A stretch of 64,000 nucleotides of DNA. It comes from an uncultured Chloroflexia bacterium (GTDB lineage Bacteria > Chloroflexota > Chloroflexia > Thermomicrobiales > UBA6265). The notes beneath the pieces were generated by a model. The model made no database searches. It worked only from the letters and a program-made list of their open reading frames with translations, and had not been told where the DNA came from. The DNA is taken from assembly GCA_963724295.1 (NCBI GenBank), contig CAVRUC010000011.1, positions 32,001-96,000 on the forward strand, read 5' to 3'. Shown here in pieces: positions 50,900 through 61,063 of the stretch (its first letter is position 1; each line of letters starts with the position of its first letter). The position numbers and the translations under genes were made by a program.

Positions 50900-53262
50900 C
50901 TGTGGTTGATACATGTGTTGGCCACGGCCTGGGCCTGCGTAATGGCCTCTTCGACCGTCAGCGTGCGACCCGCCTCTCGGGCGGCGGCGAGTCGTTCCTC
51001 GCCCAACGCCGCGGTCAGCGCGCTCAGGCAACGATCGCGAACTGGTTGGTCTCTGGGGAAGATCGGGGCGCCGAAGGAACGCCCATCGCCTCCGCGGCGC
51101 CAAGGAGACGCGCCCGTTGTCAGGTCTCCCGGATGTCGGCGGCAACCCCGCCAGACCGAGCAGCGCGCTGACCACGAGCAACGAAATGCCAGAGTCTCGG
51201 GCTCGGTTGAGACTTTTCACGTAGAGCGCTGTCGCCTCTATCGCGTTCCCCGCGCAGTAGTTGACTCCGGCCAGCCCGATCTGCGCATCGATCGGCCCCC
51301 AGGCGAAGCCTACCCGCCTCATGGCGTCCAGGCGTCTTCGTACCGCCTCGCCGCTTGGTCGAACTGCTCCTGGGCCAGGCCGATATCCCCGAGGGTAAGG
51401 AGCGCGATGCCGTCGGCCGGAATCGCATCTGGCATGCTGTCATCGAGTCCGCACAGCAGCTCGAAGCGCCTCGTCGAGCAGCGCTTCGGACCGGCCCATA
51501 GTCGCCTCGCCGGTACGACGAGAAATCCTGCGAAGCCGAGCGCTCCGCCAATCAGCAACGGGTCACCAAGCTCCCGCGCCAGCGCGAGGCGTTCGGTGAG
51601 GAACCTGTCGGCCCGAGCATAGTCGCCCTGGAAGGCCGCCAGGTGTCCCGCAGCGGTCAGCGCCTGGATGCGAGGCGTTGACGCCTTTGAGCTGGAGAGG
51701 CTCAGTGCGCGTTCAACCCACTGCAAGCCCTCGCGGTGCAGGCCGGGAGCGAGCCAGATTCCATTGAGCAGCACGCTCAACCGCAGGAGCGCGTCGGCGT
51801 CACCGTGTTCGTCGAACCAGGTGAGGGCGAGGCGCACATTATCTTGCTCGGATGCCAACCCTGTCTGATACTCCATGCATCCGGAAGCCATGTGCAAGTT
51901 TTCAGCGAAGCGCAGGAAGTAGTCCGCATGCCGCTGCCTCGCCTCGGCTGCTTCCCCAGCTGCCGCTAGTTGCTCGAGTCCGAACTCGCGCACAATTTCG
52001 AGCATCTGGTAGCGCGGTTCGTCGTCAGCCCCAGGTATCTGCCGGAGCAGGCTCTGCTCGACGAGGGCGACGACTCCGTCGAGGATGGAGATCTGCCCGG
52101 CAGAATCGGCCACCGCTTCTGCCGCCTCCAACGTGAAGCCTCCGGCAAAGACCGACAGGAGCCGGAAGAGTCGTTGTTCTTCGGGCGCAAGCAGGTCGTA
52201 GCTCCAGGCGATCGCATCGCGCATGGTGCGCTGCCGGGCTGGCAGATCGCGTCCGCCGCCGGTCAGCAAAGGCAGCCGCTGCTCGAGCCGGGCGAGCAGC
52301 GCCGCCGGCGGGAGCAGCCTTGATCCGGGCAGCGGCGAGCTCGATGGCCAGCGGCAAGCCGTCAAGGCGTTGGCAGATGCCGGCGACGGCGAGTGCATTC
52401 TCCGCGGTGAGCGTCGAAGCCGGCGCTCGCCGCCTGCGCCCGCTCGACAAAGAGCGCCACCGCGGGAACATGCTCCAGGTCAGTGAGCGGCGGCAGCCGG
52501 TCTGGATCAGGGATGGGCAACGGCGCCACAGCGATCTCGCGCTCGGCCCGAATGTGCAGCGGCTCCCGGGTCGTGGCCAGTATGCAGAGGTTCGGGCAGG
52601 CTGCCAGCAGAGTGGCGATGTCAGACGCGACCTCCAGCACCTGCTCGCAGTTGTCGAGTACCAGCAGGAGACGGCGCTCCCGCAGATGCCCGAGGACGGT
52701 TTCCCGCGGCGGCTCGTCAGCGGTTTCGCGCATACCGAGTGCGGCGGCAATAGCCGGCACGACGAGGGACGGATCGGTAATTGGAGCCAGATCGACAAAG
52801 AAGACGCCGTCCGGGTAGTGATCCACCACCTCGACAGCGACCGCCTGTGCCAGGTGGGTCTTCCCCGTCCCGCCAGGACCGGTGAGGGTGACGAGGCGAA
52901 CGTCATCCTGCGCTAGGAGGTCCGGACAGCGCCGCCATCTCGGCCTCCCGGCCGATCAGGCGGGTGGGCGGAAGCGGGAGCGTCGCCGACACGGTAGAGC
53001 GAGTGCGCGGCGTGGCTACGGGAGGCGTCTCAGGGCGTGCCGCGGCGAGGAGACCCGTGCGCTCATTCTCCCCAAGCCCGAGAGCCCCGGCGAGCATGCG
53101 CACCGTCTCCAGCCGTGGCGCGCGGTGCACGCCCCGCTCCAGATCGCTGAGCGCCCGCACGCTCACCCCCGCGCGCTCGGCCAGTTCCTCCTGGGAGAGG
53201 GCCGCCGCCGTACGGTGCCGCCGCAGCAGATTGCCGAAGCCGGGAAGATCGCGTGTTGCCAT
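50900..53262 (-). CDS. XRE-HTH / NB-ARC / TPR regulator (copy 4; several frameshifts; C-terminus runs in frame into the BVMO)
   Basis: MATRDLPGFGNLLRRHRTAAALSQEELAERAG; LDNCEQ; PRYQMLEIVREFG; ...AAREAGRTLTVEEAI. Confidence 0.85.
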
Positions 53263-53359
53263 GCCAACCTGGTTCCCACGGAATTTCACGTCAAAGCTGC
53301 CGTGCAGGGGCTCGATGCGCATCGTAGCACCCGGTCAGCAGGATGAGTTCTGACCTTCT

Positions 53360-53403
53360 GCCGGTGAAGCGTGGGTGAAAGGTGGGCGAGAGGTCGGTAG
53401 AAG
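53360..53403 (+). promoter_or_regulatory. four imperfect 11-bp direct repeats, candidate regulator operator
   Basis: gccggtgaagc gtgggtgaaag gtgggcgagag gtcggtagaag. Confidence 0.5.
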
Positions 53404-53491
53404 GCGTGGCCGATCACCTGCCACGGGCGCACTCTGGAAGCGTGCCAGGACGAGGCTGGCATACGAACCAGAGAGACAGCGGAGGCACGCC

Positions 53492-53752
53492 ATGTTCCCC
53501 CATGCCGACACGGTCTACACGATCAATTCCCTGGACTACCCAGAGCGGCTGCGACACGCGGCCAGCCAGCGACTCGCCGCCGGCGCGCAGGTGAATAAGC
53601 ACCCGTCACTGTCCGTGCCAGCATCGGCCCACCGGGTCGCGGCAACCCTGGTCGGCGGGTTGCTGATGCGATGGCGCGGCGCAAATCGGGTGCGGCTGTC
53701 ACGTCCGCGAACGACTGGCTGGGCGCTGCCGGCACGCGACGAAGGCTTCTGA
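53492..53752 (+). CDS. small hypothetical protein, divergent from regulator 4
   Basis: RBS GGAGG; MFPHADTVYTINSLDYPERLRHAASQRLA. Confidence 0.55.
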   Translation: MFPHADTVYTINSLDYPERLRHAASQRLAAGAQVNKHPSLSVPASAHRVAATLVGGLLMRWRGANRVRLSRPRTTGWALPARDEGF

Positions 53753-53897
53753 GACATCAGCCGGGGGAGACCAATCTGCATCGTGCGGCGTCATTCCTGA
53801 AGGAGTACGCGCCAGGAAGCACCCCTCTGCCCCCTATACTCCCCGGTGCCACAACGCTCCAATGTTCCCGATGCCACGCCACCAAGAGAGGCCGAAC

Positions 53898-54295
53898 ATG
53901 TCGACGCTCAAGGACGGGACTGCGCTCTACGAGGTGGAACGCCGCGTCCGCTACGCCGAGCGGCCAGGCTTTCGCATTACTGAACTGCAGATCGGGCCGA
54001 TCCAAGAGATCCCCTGGCACTCGCACAACGAGGCCCAGGACACCTTCTACGTGCTCGAGGGGGAGATCCTCCTCTCCTTGCGTGAGCCGAGGAGGGGGTG
54101 CGGCTGCGGCCCGGAGAGATCTACGCCGTACTTCCCGGTCGTCCTCATCGGGTGACGAACGGCGGCACCAGCTCCGCCACCTTCCTGGTCCTCCAGGGTG
54201 GCGCCTATGACTACGTCCCTCAGAGCAAATATCCGGTTTCAAAAGTAACTAGCCGATCCCCGGCTGACCAGCGTCGGGGAGGCGGGCGCGTGTAA
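53898..54295 (+). CDS. cupin domain protein (frameshifted)
   Basis: IPWHSHNEAQDTFYVLEG + LRPGE...PGRPHRVTN. Confidence 0.8.
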
Positions 54296-54330
54296 TGGAC
54301 CCGGCAGAGCGTCGCGAGCAGGAGACACCA

Positions 54331-55425
54331 ATGACCACGTCCAACGAAGCCGTGGCGCTTCCGCTCAATCTGCATGAGTACGAGACGGCGGCGCGCGAGA
54401 TCCTGTCACCGATGGTTTTTGACTTCGTCGCCGGCGGCAGTGGCGACCAGGTGACTCTGCGTGGCAACCGGGCGGCGTTTGATCGCTGGCGCTTGCTGCC
54501 GCGGGTGTTGCACGGGTTACGCGATGTCTCGACGGGGACCTCGGTTCTCGGTCAGGACATCGCGCTGCCGGTGCTCATCGCACCGTCGTCTCTGCACCGG
54601 CTGTGTCATGACGAGGGCGAGCGGGCCACCGCCCGCGCGGCGAAGGCTGCCGGCACGATCTACACCCTGAGCACGCCCTCCTCGATCGCCCTGGAGGAAG
54701 TTGCCCCCGAGGCGGGACCGTGGTGGTTCCAGCTTTACGTCTACCGCGACCGGGGGCTGACCCGCGAACTGGTCACGCGCGCGGCGTCCGCGGGAGCCTC
54801 GGCCCTCGTCGTGACCGTCGATATGCCAATGCTCGGGCGGCGGGAGGCGGACGAACGCAATCGCTTTACCCTTCCATCCGGCGTAACGATGCCCCATATT
54901 CAGCTCCCAGCACCACGACTGCTGACAGAGGCTGGCGCCAGCGCCGAGTGGACCGCCACATTTCCCGCGGTAGAGTCGGCCTTGACCTGGGACGATCTCG
55001 ATTGGCTTGCCTCACTTTCGTCGCTGCCCGTGGTGCCGAAAGGCATCCTGCACCCTGATGATGCCCTGCGTGCGGTTGACCAGGGAGCGCGGGCGGTAAT
55101 AGTCTCCAACCATGGCGGCCGTCAGCTCGACAGCGCGGTCGCCTCGCTCGATGCCCTGCCGGCAGTGGTAGAGGCGGTCGGTGGGCGCGCCGAGGTGCTT
55201 GTCGACGGCGGTGTGCGGCGAGGCACGGACATCCTGAAGGCCCTGGCGTTGGGGGCGCGAGGCGTGCTCATCGGCCGGCCCATCCACTGGGGATTGGCCG
55301 TTGATGGCCAGGCCGGGGTGCGGCACGTCCTGGAGCTGCTGCGTGCCGAGCTGGCACTCGATTTGATGCTTTGCGGTCTCGCCTCTCCTGAAGCCGTGGA
55401 CCGATCTCTCCTCGTCCCTGCGTAG
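54331..55425 (+). CDS. FMN-dependent alpha-hydroxy acid oxidase/dehydrogenase
   Basis: WFQLY, VTVDMP..GRRE, SNHGGRQLD, DGGVRRGTD. Confidence 0.93.
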   Translation: MTTSNEAVALPLNLHEYETAAREILSPMVFDFVAGGSGDQVTLRGNRAAFDRWRLLPRVLHGLRDVSTGTSVLGQDIALPVLIAPSSLHRLCHDEGERATARAAKAAGTIYTLSTPSSIALEEVAPEAGPWWFQLYVYRDRGLTRELVTRAASAGASALVVTVDMPMLGRREADERNRFTLPSGVTMPHIQLPAPRLLTEAGASAEWTATFPAVESALTWDDLDWLASLSSLPVVPKGILHPDDALRAVDQGARAVIVSNHGGRQLDSAVASLDALPAVVEAVGGRAEVLVDGGVRRGTDILKALALGARGVLIGRPIHWGLAVDGQAGVRHVLELLRAELALDLMLCGLASPEAVDRSLLVPA

Positions 55426-55743
55426 GCATGACGGTCGGCGCAGATGGAGCCACCTACGTTTTTGAATAAACTCCAGACTCTGGAGTTCCGCGATGGCGAG
55501 TGCGAGCACAAGACGATCGAGTTTGGCGTCCCGTGGGAGCCGTCTGACTGGCGGTCGCGGTGGGTCGAGGTATTCGAACCGGCGACGGCCCGGATTGGCC
55601 ACTGTGTGGCCGAGACGGCTACGCGATGAAGCCGGTCCCCAAAACGCCCCTACTCCTTGAAAGCCGAGAGCGCTGATATGTGCCGAAGTTGGTGACTTCC
55701 GGTCCACCATACCCAAAAGGAGATCATCGTCGATGCGCCATGA

Positions 55744-55836
55744 CCGGCGAATCCGGCGCCGACGATGACGGCGTCGAAGTCGCTGCTCTCCCCTGGGCCG
55801 GCTGTGGTCGGTAGTGGCTCGCGATGCACAGCGTCC
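55744..55836 (-). pseudogene. degenerate duplicate of the BVMO 5' end
   Basis: 55744-55785 vs 50753-50794 match at 40/42; encodes DAVHREP...SDFDAVIVGAGFAG, then diverges. Confidence 0.8.
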
Positions 55837-56020
55837 TCGTCTTCCTTGGCCGCCTACCGGGACGGGACAGGCAAGGCCAGCGATCCACAGATGTCTAGCG
55901 CAACGTCGAGGAACGAACGGGAGAGATCGAGAGAGAATACACCGGTTGCTAGAGGAAGATCATCAGCCGGTTCCTCAGGTCTGGGAGATCGATGGACTGA
56001 GGTACTACAGGGAGTGCACC

Positions 56021-57367
56021 ATGGCCGACTTGCACGATCTGACCGCTGCCGAGGCGGTCAGACAGATCCGCGCCGGCACCATGAGTCCAACCGCGTACCT
56101 TGACGCCTGCCTGGCTCGCATCGACGCCTGCGAACCCGCGATCGGCGCCTGGGTCCATCTGGACCGTGAGGCAGCGCAGCACGTTGCGCAGGAGCGCGAG
56201 CGGGAGATCGGACTCAGGCGATGTGCCGGCGCGTTGCACGGGATCCCAGTGGCGCTGAAAGACATCATTGACGTCGCCGGTTTGCCTACCACCGCCGGCG
56301 CCGGATCTTTCGCGCACCGGACGCCATCGGCCGACGCGGCCGCAGCGGCCCGCATGCGGGCCCAGGGTGCAGTGATCCTGGGCAAGGTGACCACCACTGC
56401 GTTCGCCTTCCTCGATCCCAGCTCGACCCGGAACCCATGGAACCGCGCGCATACGCCGGGGGGTTCCTCGAGCGGGTCGGCCGCCGCCGTTGCCGCGCGC
56501 ATGGTGCCGCTGGCGTTGGGCACGCAGACGGCCGGCTCGGTGCTGCGCCCCGCCGCCTACTGTGGCGTGGTCGGGTTCAAGCCGAGCTACGGCCGCATCA
56601 GCACGACTGGTGTGGTGCCCCTTGCCTGGAGCCTCGATCATGTAGGCATCTTCAGTCGCAGTGTGGAAGACGCCGCGCTCGCGCTTGGGCTGCTTGCCGG
56701 CGCCGATGCTGCCGATCCCCGCGCGAGCGCGGCGCCCGTCGACGATTATCTGGCCGGCCTGGTCGATCCGCCCGCTCCCCGCATCGGCTTCCTGCGGCCG
56801 CTCTTGGAGCGCGTCAGCCCGGAGATGGCCACGCATTTGGAGACGACGGCACAGGCGTTCAAGGAAAACGGGGCCAGCGTGATTGATGTGGACCTGCCTT
56901 CCGCGTTCGCCGAGATCGCCGACGCCGGTCGCACCGTCTTGCTGGCAGAGGCAGCGGCCGCGCATCGCGAGTTGTTCGCCGTCCACGCGGATGACTATCC
57001 GGCGCGGATTCGGGAGGGTTTGGTGGCCGGGCAGGATATCTCCGCCGTGGCGTTCCTCCTGGCGCAAGAGACCCGAAATCGCTTTCGCAAGGAGGCCACC
57101 GCCCTTGCCGTGCGCTACGACGCGATGCTTGCTCCGACGATCGGCGCTCCCGCACCCAAGGGCCTCGACTCCACCGGCGACCCCAGCTTCTGCGCGCCCT
57201 GGAGCTCGGCCGGAATGCCCGCCATCGCCCTTCCCAGTGGCCTCGCTGAGGATGGGCTCCCGCTCTCGATCCAGCTCGTGGGCGCGCCCTTTGCCGAGGC
57301 CCGGCTTCTAGCAGCCGCAGCTTGGTGCGAGCAGGTTCTCGCCTTCGCCAGCCAGCCTTCGGTTTAG
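56021..57367 (+). CDS. amidase signature family protein
   Basis: LHGIPVALKD, PGGSSSGSAAAVAA, GTQTAGSVLRPA. Confidence 0.92.
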   Translation: MADLHDLTAAEAVRQIRAGTMSPTAYLDACLARIDACEPAIGAWVHLDREAAQHVAQEREREIGLRRCAGALHGIPVALKDIIDVAGLPTTAGAGSFAHRTPSADAAAAARMRAQGAVILGKVTTTAFAFLDPSSTRNPWNRAHTPGGSSSGSAAAVAARMVPLALGTQTAGSVLRPAAYCGVVGFKPSYGRISTTGVVPLAWSLDHVGIFSRSVEDAALALGLLAGADAADPRASAAPVDDYLAGLVDPPAPRIGFLRPLLERVSPEMATHLETTAQAFKENGASVIDVDLPSAFAEIADAGRTVLLAEAAAAHRELFAVHADDYPARIREGLVAGQDISAVAFLLAQETRNRFRKEATALAVRYDAMLAPTIGAPAPKGLDSTGDPSFCAPWSSAGMPAIALPSGLAEDGLPLSIQLVGAPFAEARLLAAAAWCEQVLAFASQPSV

Positions 57368-57760
57368 CGGCCTGGATACCGCAGACGCCCCGAACGATCG
57401 AAGGGTGGAACCGAAGAATGTAGCAATCCTCTCGTCACCACCAGGCATCGGTCTTGGTCCTGAATTGCGGGCGGTGTGGATCATCCCGCGGGGGACGAAG
57501 ACGAACGCCCCGGTTCCCCCGACTACTTCCCGATCGCCCAGCTGGAACGTCATCTCACCCTCGGCGATGTAGAAGGCCTCGTCGGTGTGTGGATAGATAT
57601 GCAGGGGAGGCCAAGCATCCCCGGCCGGCATGGCCCCGACTATGACGACGTACGCCTCGCCAGTCTGCCCCGGTCCGCGGACGACCGGACCGCGCGCGGC
57701 CTCGGCTTCCGCCCCTCCCGCGTCCGGGAGAATGACCGTCGCCCCGTTGACCGCCTCCAT
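57364..57760 (-). CDS. cupin domain protein (C-terminus uncertain or degenerate)
   Basis: PPLHIYPHTDEAFYIAEG, FVPRGMIHTARN. Confidence 0.6.
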
Positions 57761-57875
57761 CCCCACCTCCACGCCATGAACGCCCTGATTGCCTCGATCG
57801 CGATCACGCTTCGGCATCATAGCGAGTCATTCGCCGCGGCGCGGTGACCACTTTTGAAGCTAGTTCCATAGACGC

Positions 57876-59045
57876 TCAATCTCGGTGTCGGGAAGGCGAG
57901 GCCGGCGATTCCCTGGCCGAGCCCCCGATCCATCCCCGACGAGCGAAGAGGATCAGCGATCCTGCTGTGGTTAGCACAATGAGCACAATCATGACGATGA
58001 ACCCGCTGGTCGTGTTGATCCGCGGGGACTCGAAATTGGTGCCGAAGAAGCCGAGGATGACCGATGCCGGCAGCAACGTGACCGAGACGATCGTGAGGAC
58101 CTTCATGATGTCGTTGGTGCGGTGCGCGACCTGTGACACGTAGAGGTCAAAGGACCCATTGATCGATTCTTTGGCGGCTTCCAGCGCGTCCAGCAATCGC
58201 CCCAGTCGCTCGTCCAGGTCCCGAAAGTAGGGTTCGATGACGTCGCCTCCTACGAGCGGAAAGTCCGGGCGCAGAAAGGCCTCCAGCGTGGCGCGGTGCT
58301 GGCTCGCCAGCCGGTAGATGGCGAAGGCGAAGCGCTTCAGGTGCAAGAGGTCCTCCAGCAGCGCGTCAGAAGAATCGGTGAGCGCCCGCTCTTCCATCGC
58401 CTCGACCTCGTCCTCTAGCTCCTCGGTCAGCACTTCATAGTGCGCGAGGAGCTCATCGATGAGGATCGACAGCAGAAAGGCGGAGTCGAGCTTCAGCAAT
58501 CCTGGGTTCTGCATGGCGCGCGCCAGCGCCCGTTCCGCAAAAGGGAGGGGACGCTTGTGGGCGCTGACGAGATAGTTGCGCCCGACGAAGAGATCGAGCT
58601 CGCTGGCGAGGACTCGCTGGGCGGCGAGCTCGGCATGCGGCACGGTCACCGCGACGAAGTAGCGGTCACGAAAGACCCCGAGCCGCGGCCGCTGCCAGCC
58701 CGCGAGGGTGATCTGCACAGCCGCCTCGGGCAGGTCCAGCTGCTCTGCCACCTGCGCCAGGTCGGACGGGGCGTAGCCATTGAGATCGACCCAGACGAAG
58801 TAGGCATCATCCGCGGCCAACATGGGAAGGTCTTCGAGACCAACCTGCCGTGGCTCCGCGTCCTCCTGGAAGAGCCAGACCACAAACGCTGGCGCATCTG
58901 CCGATGAGACGGTGTCCGCCGATCCTTCGGCATCGATGACGTCCGTAACGGTCTCCGCGATCCGCTCCGTCCCGCTGATGACCGTGTGAATATCCACACC
59001 GTCCAGCACCGAGTTACGTCCGTCCGGTGTGCTTTCGTCACGCAT
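57876..59045 (-). CDS. corA: CorA family Mg/Co transporter
   Basis: WVDL, YFRDL, TNDIMKVLTIVS...GFFGTNF (GMN variant GTN). Confidence 0.85.
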   Translation of the reverse strand: MRDESTPDGRNSVLDGVDIHTVISGTERIAETVTDVIDAEGSADTVSSADAPAFVVWLFQEDAEPRQVGLEDLPMLAADDAYFVWVDLNGYAPSDLAQVAEQLDLPEAAVQITLAGWQRPRLGVFRDRYFVAVTVPHAELAAQRVLASELDLFVGRNYLVSAHKRPLPFAERALARAMQNPGLLKLDSAFLLSILIDELLAHYEVLTEELEDEVEAMEERALTDSSDALLEDLLHLKRFAFAIYRLASQHRATLEAFLRPDFPLVGGDVIEPYFRDLDERLGRLLDALEAAKESINGSFDLYVSQVAHRTNDIMKVLTIVSVTLLPASVILGFFGTNFESPRINTTSGFIVMIVLIVLTTAGSLILFARRGWIGGSARESPASPSRHRD

Positions 59046-59191
59046 TCCAATTCTTCCCCTACTTCTCGGCACGTAGGGCCTCGTTGCCTTCGTTGTCAGA
59101 TCAACTGGCACAGTCCGGGCCACCCGTCGCCTCTGTCCATGGCAAGATCATCCGAGTGGAGGCCGGGCATGGAGCGATAGACGACGTCTCG

Positions 59192-60115
59192 GTGAATCAA
59201 GTGTTTCCCGACCCCGTCGCCGTGCTGGCGGCGCTGGGACTGAGCGGGCCATCGCGCATTACGCCGGTCACCGGCGGGGCGGACGCGACCATCTGGCGCG
59301 TTGGGTACGGCGACGCGGATTACGCGCTGCGGTTGCTCCGGGCCGATCAAGCGGCTATGGCGCGGCGTGAGGCGGTCGTCATGACCGCGGCCGCCGCGGC
59401 CGGCATCCCCGTGCCGCGCGTCGTTGCCGAGGGGAGCTGGGACAACCGACCGGTACTCCTGCTGTCGTGGATGCCGGGCCAACTGCTGCGGCATGAGCTG
59501 GAGTCCCGTCCCTGGCGCGCCTGGGTCCTCGGGGTCGAGTTCGGCGGAATGCAGGCCGCGATCCATGCAGCGCCAGTCCCAGCCGCCCTACGCCGGCACC
59601 CGGTTTCCTGGATCGAGTGGGCAGAACCCGACGCCGCGCTCCGGGACCGCTTGCGGCGATCCAGCGACGGGGAGGTGCTGCTCCACCTCGACTACCACCC
59701 GGCAAACGTGCTCGTGGAGCACGGCCGCGTGTCGGCGGTCCTGGACTGGGCGAATGCCCGTACCGGTGACCGGCGGGCCGACATCGCCCGGACGGCGGCA
59801 ATTCTTCGCTTCGCGCCGCTTGGAGTGCGGCCCTCGACCGTGACGGCGATCGCCCGCCGGGCGTTCGTTGCTGGCTGGCGGCACGGCTACCGCGCCATGG
59901 CCGGACGGGTGACCGGGATGGCGCCGTTCTATGCCTGGGCGGCAGCGGTGATGATGCACGATCTGGCGCCGCGTGTCGGGCGGACCGATCTGCCATGGCT
60001 GACGGCGGCGCTGCTGGCAGACATTGGCCGTTGGGGAGACGGGTGGCGAGCAGCGGTGGGCCTTCCCGGCCAAGCGGCTGGTTCGGGACATCGAGACGAC
60101 CACCTCGCAGGCTGA
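59192..60115 (+). CDS. aminoglycoside phosphotransferase (APH)-family kinase
   Basis: LLHLDYHPANVLV, VLDWANA..GD. Confidence 0.85.
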   Translation: MNQVFPDPVAVLAALGLSGPSRITPVTGGADATIWRVGYGDADYALRLLRADQAAMARREAVVMTAAAAAGIPVPRVVAEGSWDNRPVLLLSWMPGQLLRHELESRPWRAWVLGVEFGGMQAAIHAAPVPAALRRHPVSWIEWAEPDAALRDRLRRSSDGEVLLHLDYHPANVLVEHGRVSAVLDWANARTGDRRADIARTAAILRFAPLGVRPSTVTAIARRAFVAGWRHGYRAMAGRVTGMAPFYAWAAAVMMHDLAPRVGRTDLPWLTAALLADIGRWGDGWRAAVGLPGQAAGSGHRDDHLAG

Positions 60116-60172
60116 TTGGGTGAGCAACAGAGGCCGCGTGTGGGAGCATTGGGTGTCGGAATGGCCCGCAAG

Positions 60173-60275
60173 TCTGTGGCGCCACCCTGACCTCCCGAGC
60201 TTATGGATCGGCCAGGCGGTCTCCTCTATCGGCTCAGAGGTTTCCTAGCTTGCCATCCCGCTCACAGCGGTGTCC
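60173..60275 (+). pseudogene. MFS transporter N-terminal remnant
   Basis: LWRHPDLPSLWIGQAVSSIGSEVS*LAIPLTAV resembles the first TM helix of DHA3-type MFS proteins; in-frame stop and truncated. Confidence 0.55.
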
Positions 60276-60508
60276 TGATTCGTTTGGCGTTGCCAGGGTG
60301 TACACTGCGCCAAAGCGCAAGTCATTACAGCGAGCAGATGCAGGTCGCGCTTTCGGGCCGCGTACCTCGTCGTCAGTGCAGCGGACGCCTGGCTCCGATC
60401 GGTTCCGTGGCGCCCGGATTCTCGTGGCGACGCCCGTGGACACCTGCGAGCACCTGACTCGCCGGGGACGGTGCGCCACCGTCATTCGGGAAGCGAGAAA
60501 GTTGTCCG

Positions 60509-61063
60509 ATGGCCCTGACCGCCCCGATCGATATTCAGACCCCTCCGCTGATCACCGAGGACATCGATGACTCCGAGATCGTCGTCCATGGCGACGACCT
60601 CAAAGGGGTGCGGCTGTACTGTCGACTGGCCGCCGCGATTCCAGCGCTGGCCCTGGTCCTGCTGGCACTCGTTGCTATCTGGATCTCCACCCAGCGCTTC
60701 GATCGGCGCTGGGACTCCGGCCAGACGATCGTTCCGTTGGCAGTGGTCCTGATCGTGGCTGCTCTGTCCTACCTGCGGGCAGAGCTGCGCCTGCGCAGCT
60801 ACCGTCTCGATCTCACCTCCGACGCCGTCATCTTCGAGTATGGGCGCAAGCGCTCGTACGTTCCCCGCGAGCACGTTCAGCTCTTCGATACCGAAACCTC
60901 GATCCTGCTGCGGATCTTCCGCCTCAGACGATGCAATCTGCACACCGGGGGAGGAATGGTCGTCGTTTCGCCAGTGCCAGCCCGTGTCGCGGCCGCAATC
61001 GAGCGATTGATCTACGAGCAGCCCGCGACGATGCGTGCTGAACGACCAGATGCCAACGCGTGA
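60509..61063 (+). CDS. YdbS-like membrane protein with bacterial PH domain
   Basis: Two TM helices, then YRLDL...VPREHVQ...LLRIFRL...LHTGGG. Confidence 0.7.
   Translation: MALTAPIDIQTPPLITEDIDDSEIVVHGDDLKGVRLYCRLAAAIPALALVLLALVAIWISTQRFDRRWDSGQTIVPLAVVLIVAALSYLRAELRLRSYRLDLTSDAVIFEYGRKRSYVPREHVQLFDTETSILLRIFRLRRCNLHTGGGMVVVSPVPARVAAAIERLIYEQPATMRAERPDANA

Noticed and set aside
53747..53757. Half-site ttctgagacat (similar weak matches near 33871 and 62870)
   Set aside because: Only one arm matches and the GTCGT core is missing; could be chance.
55426..55740. Possible IS end or small ORF between the oxidase and the BVMO ghost
   Set aside because: No paired terminal repeat, transposase similarity or domain recognisable.
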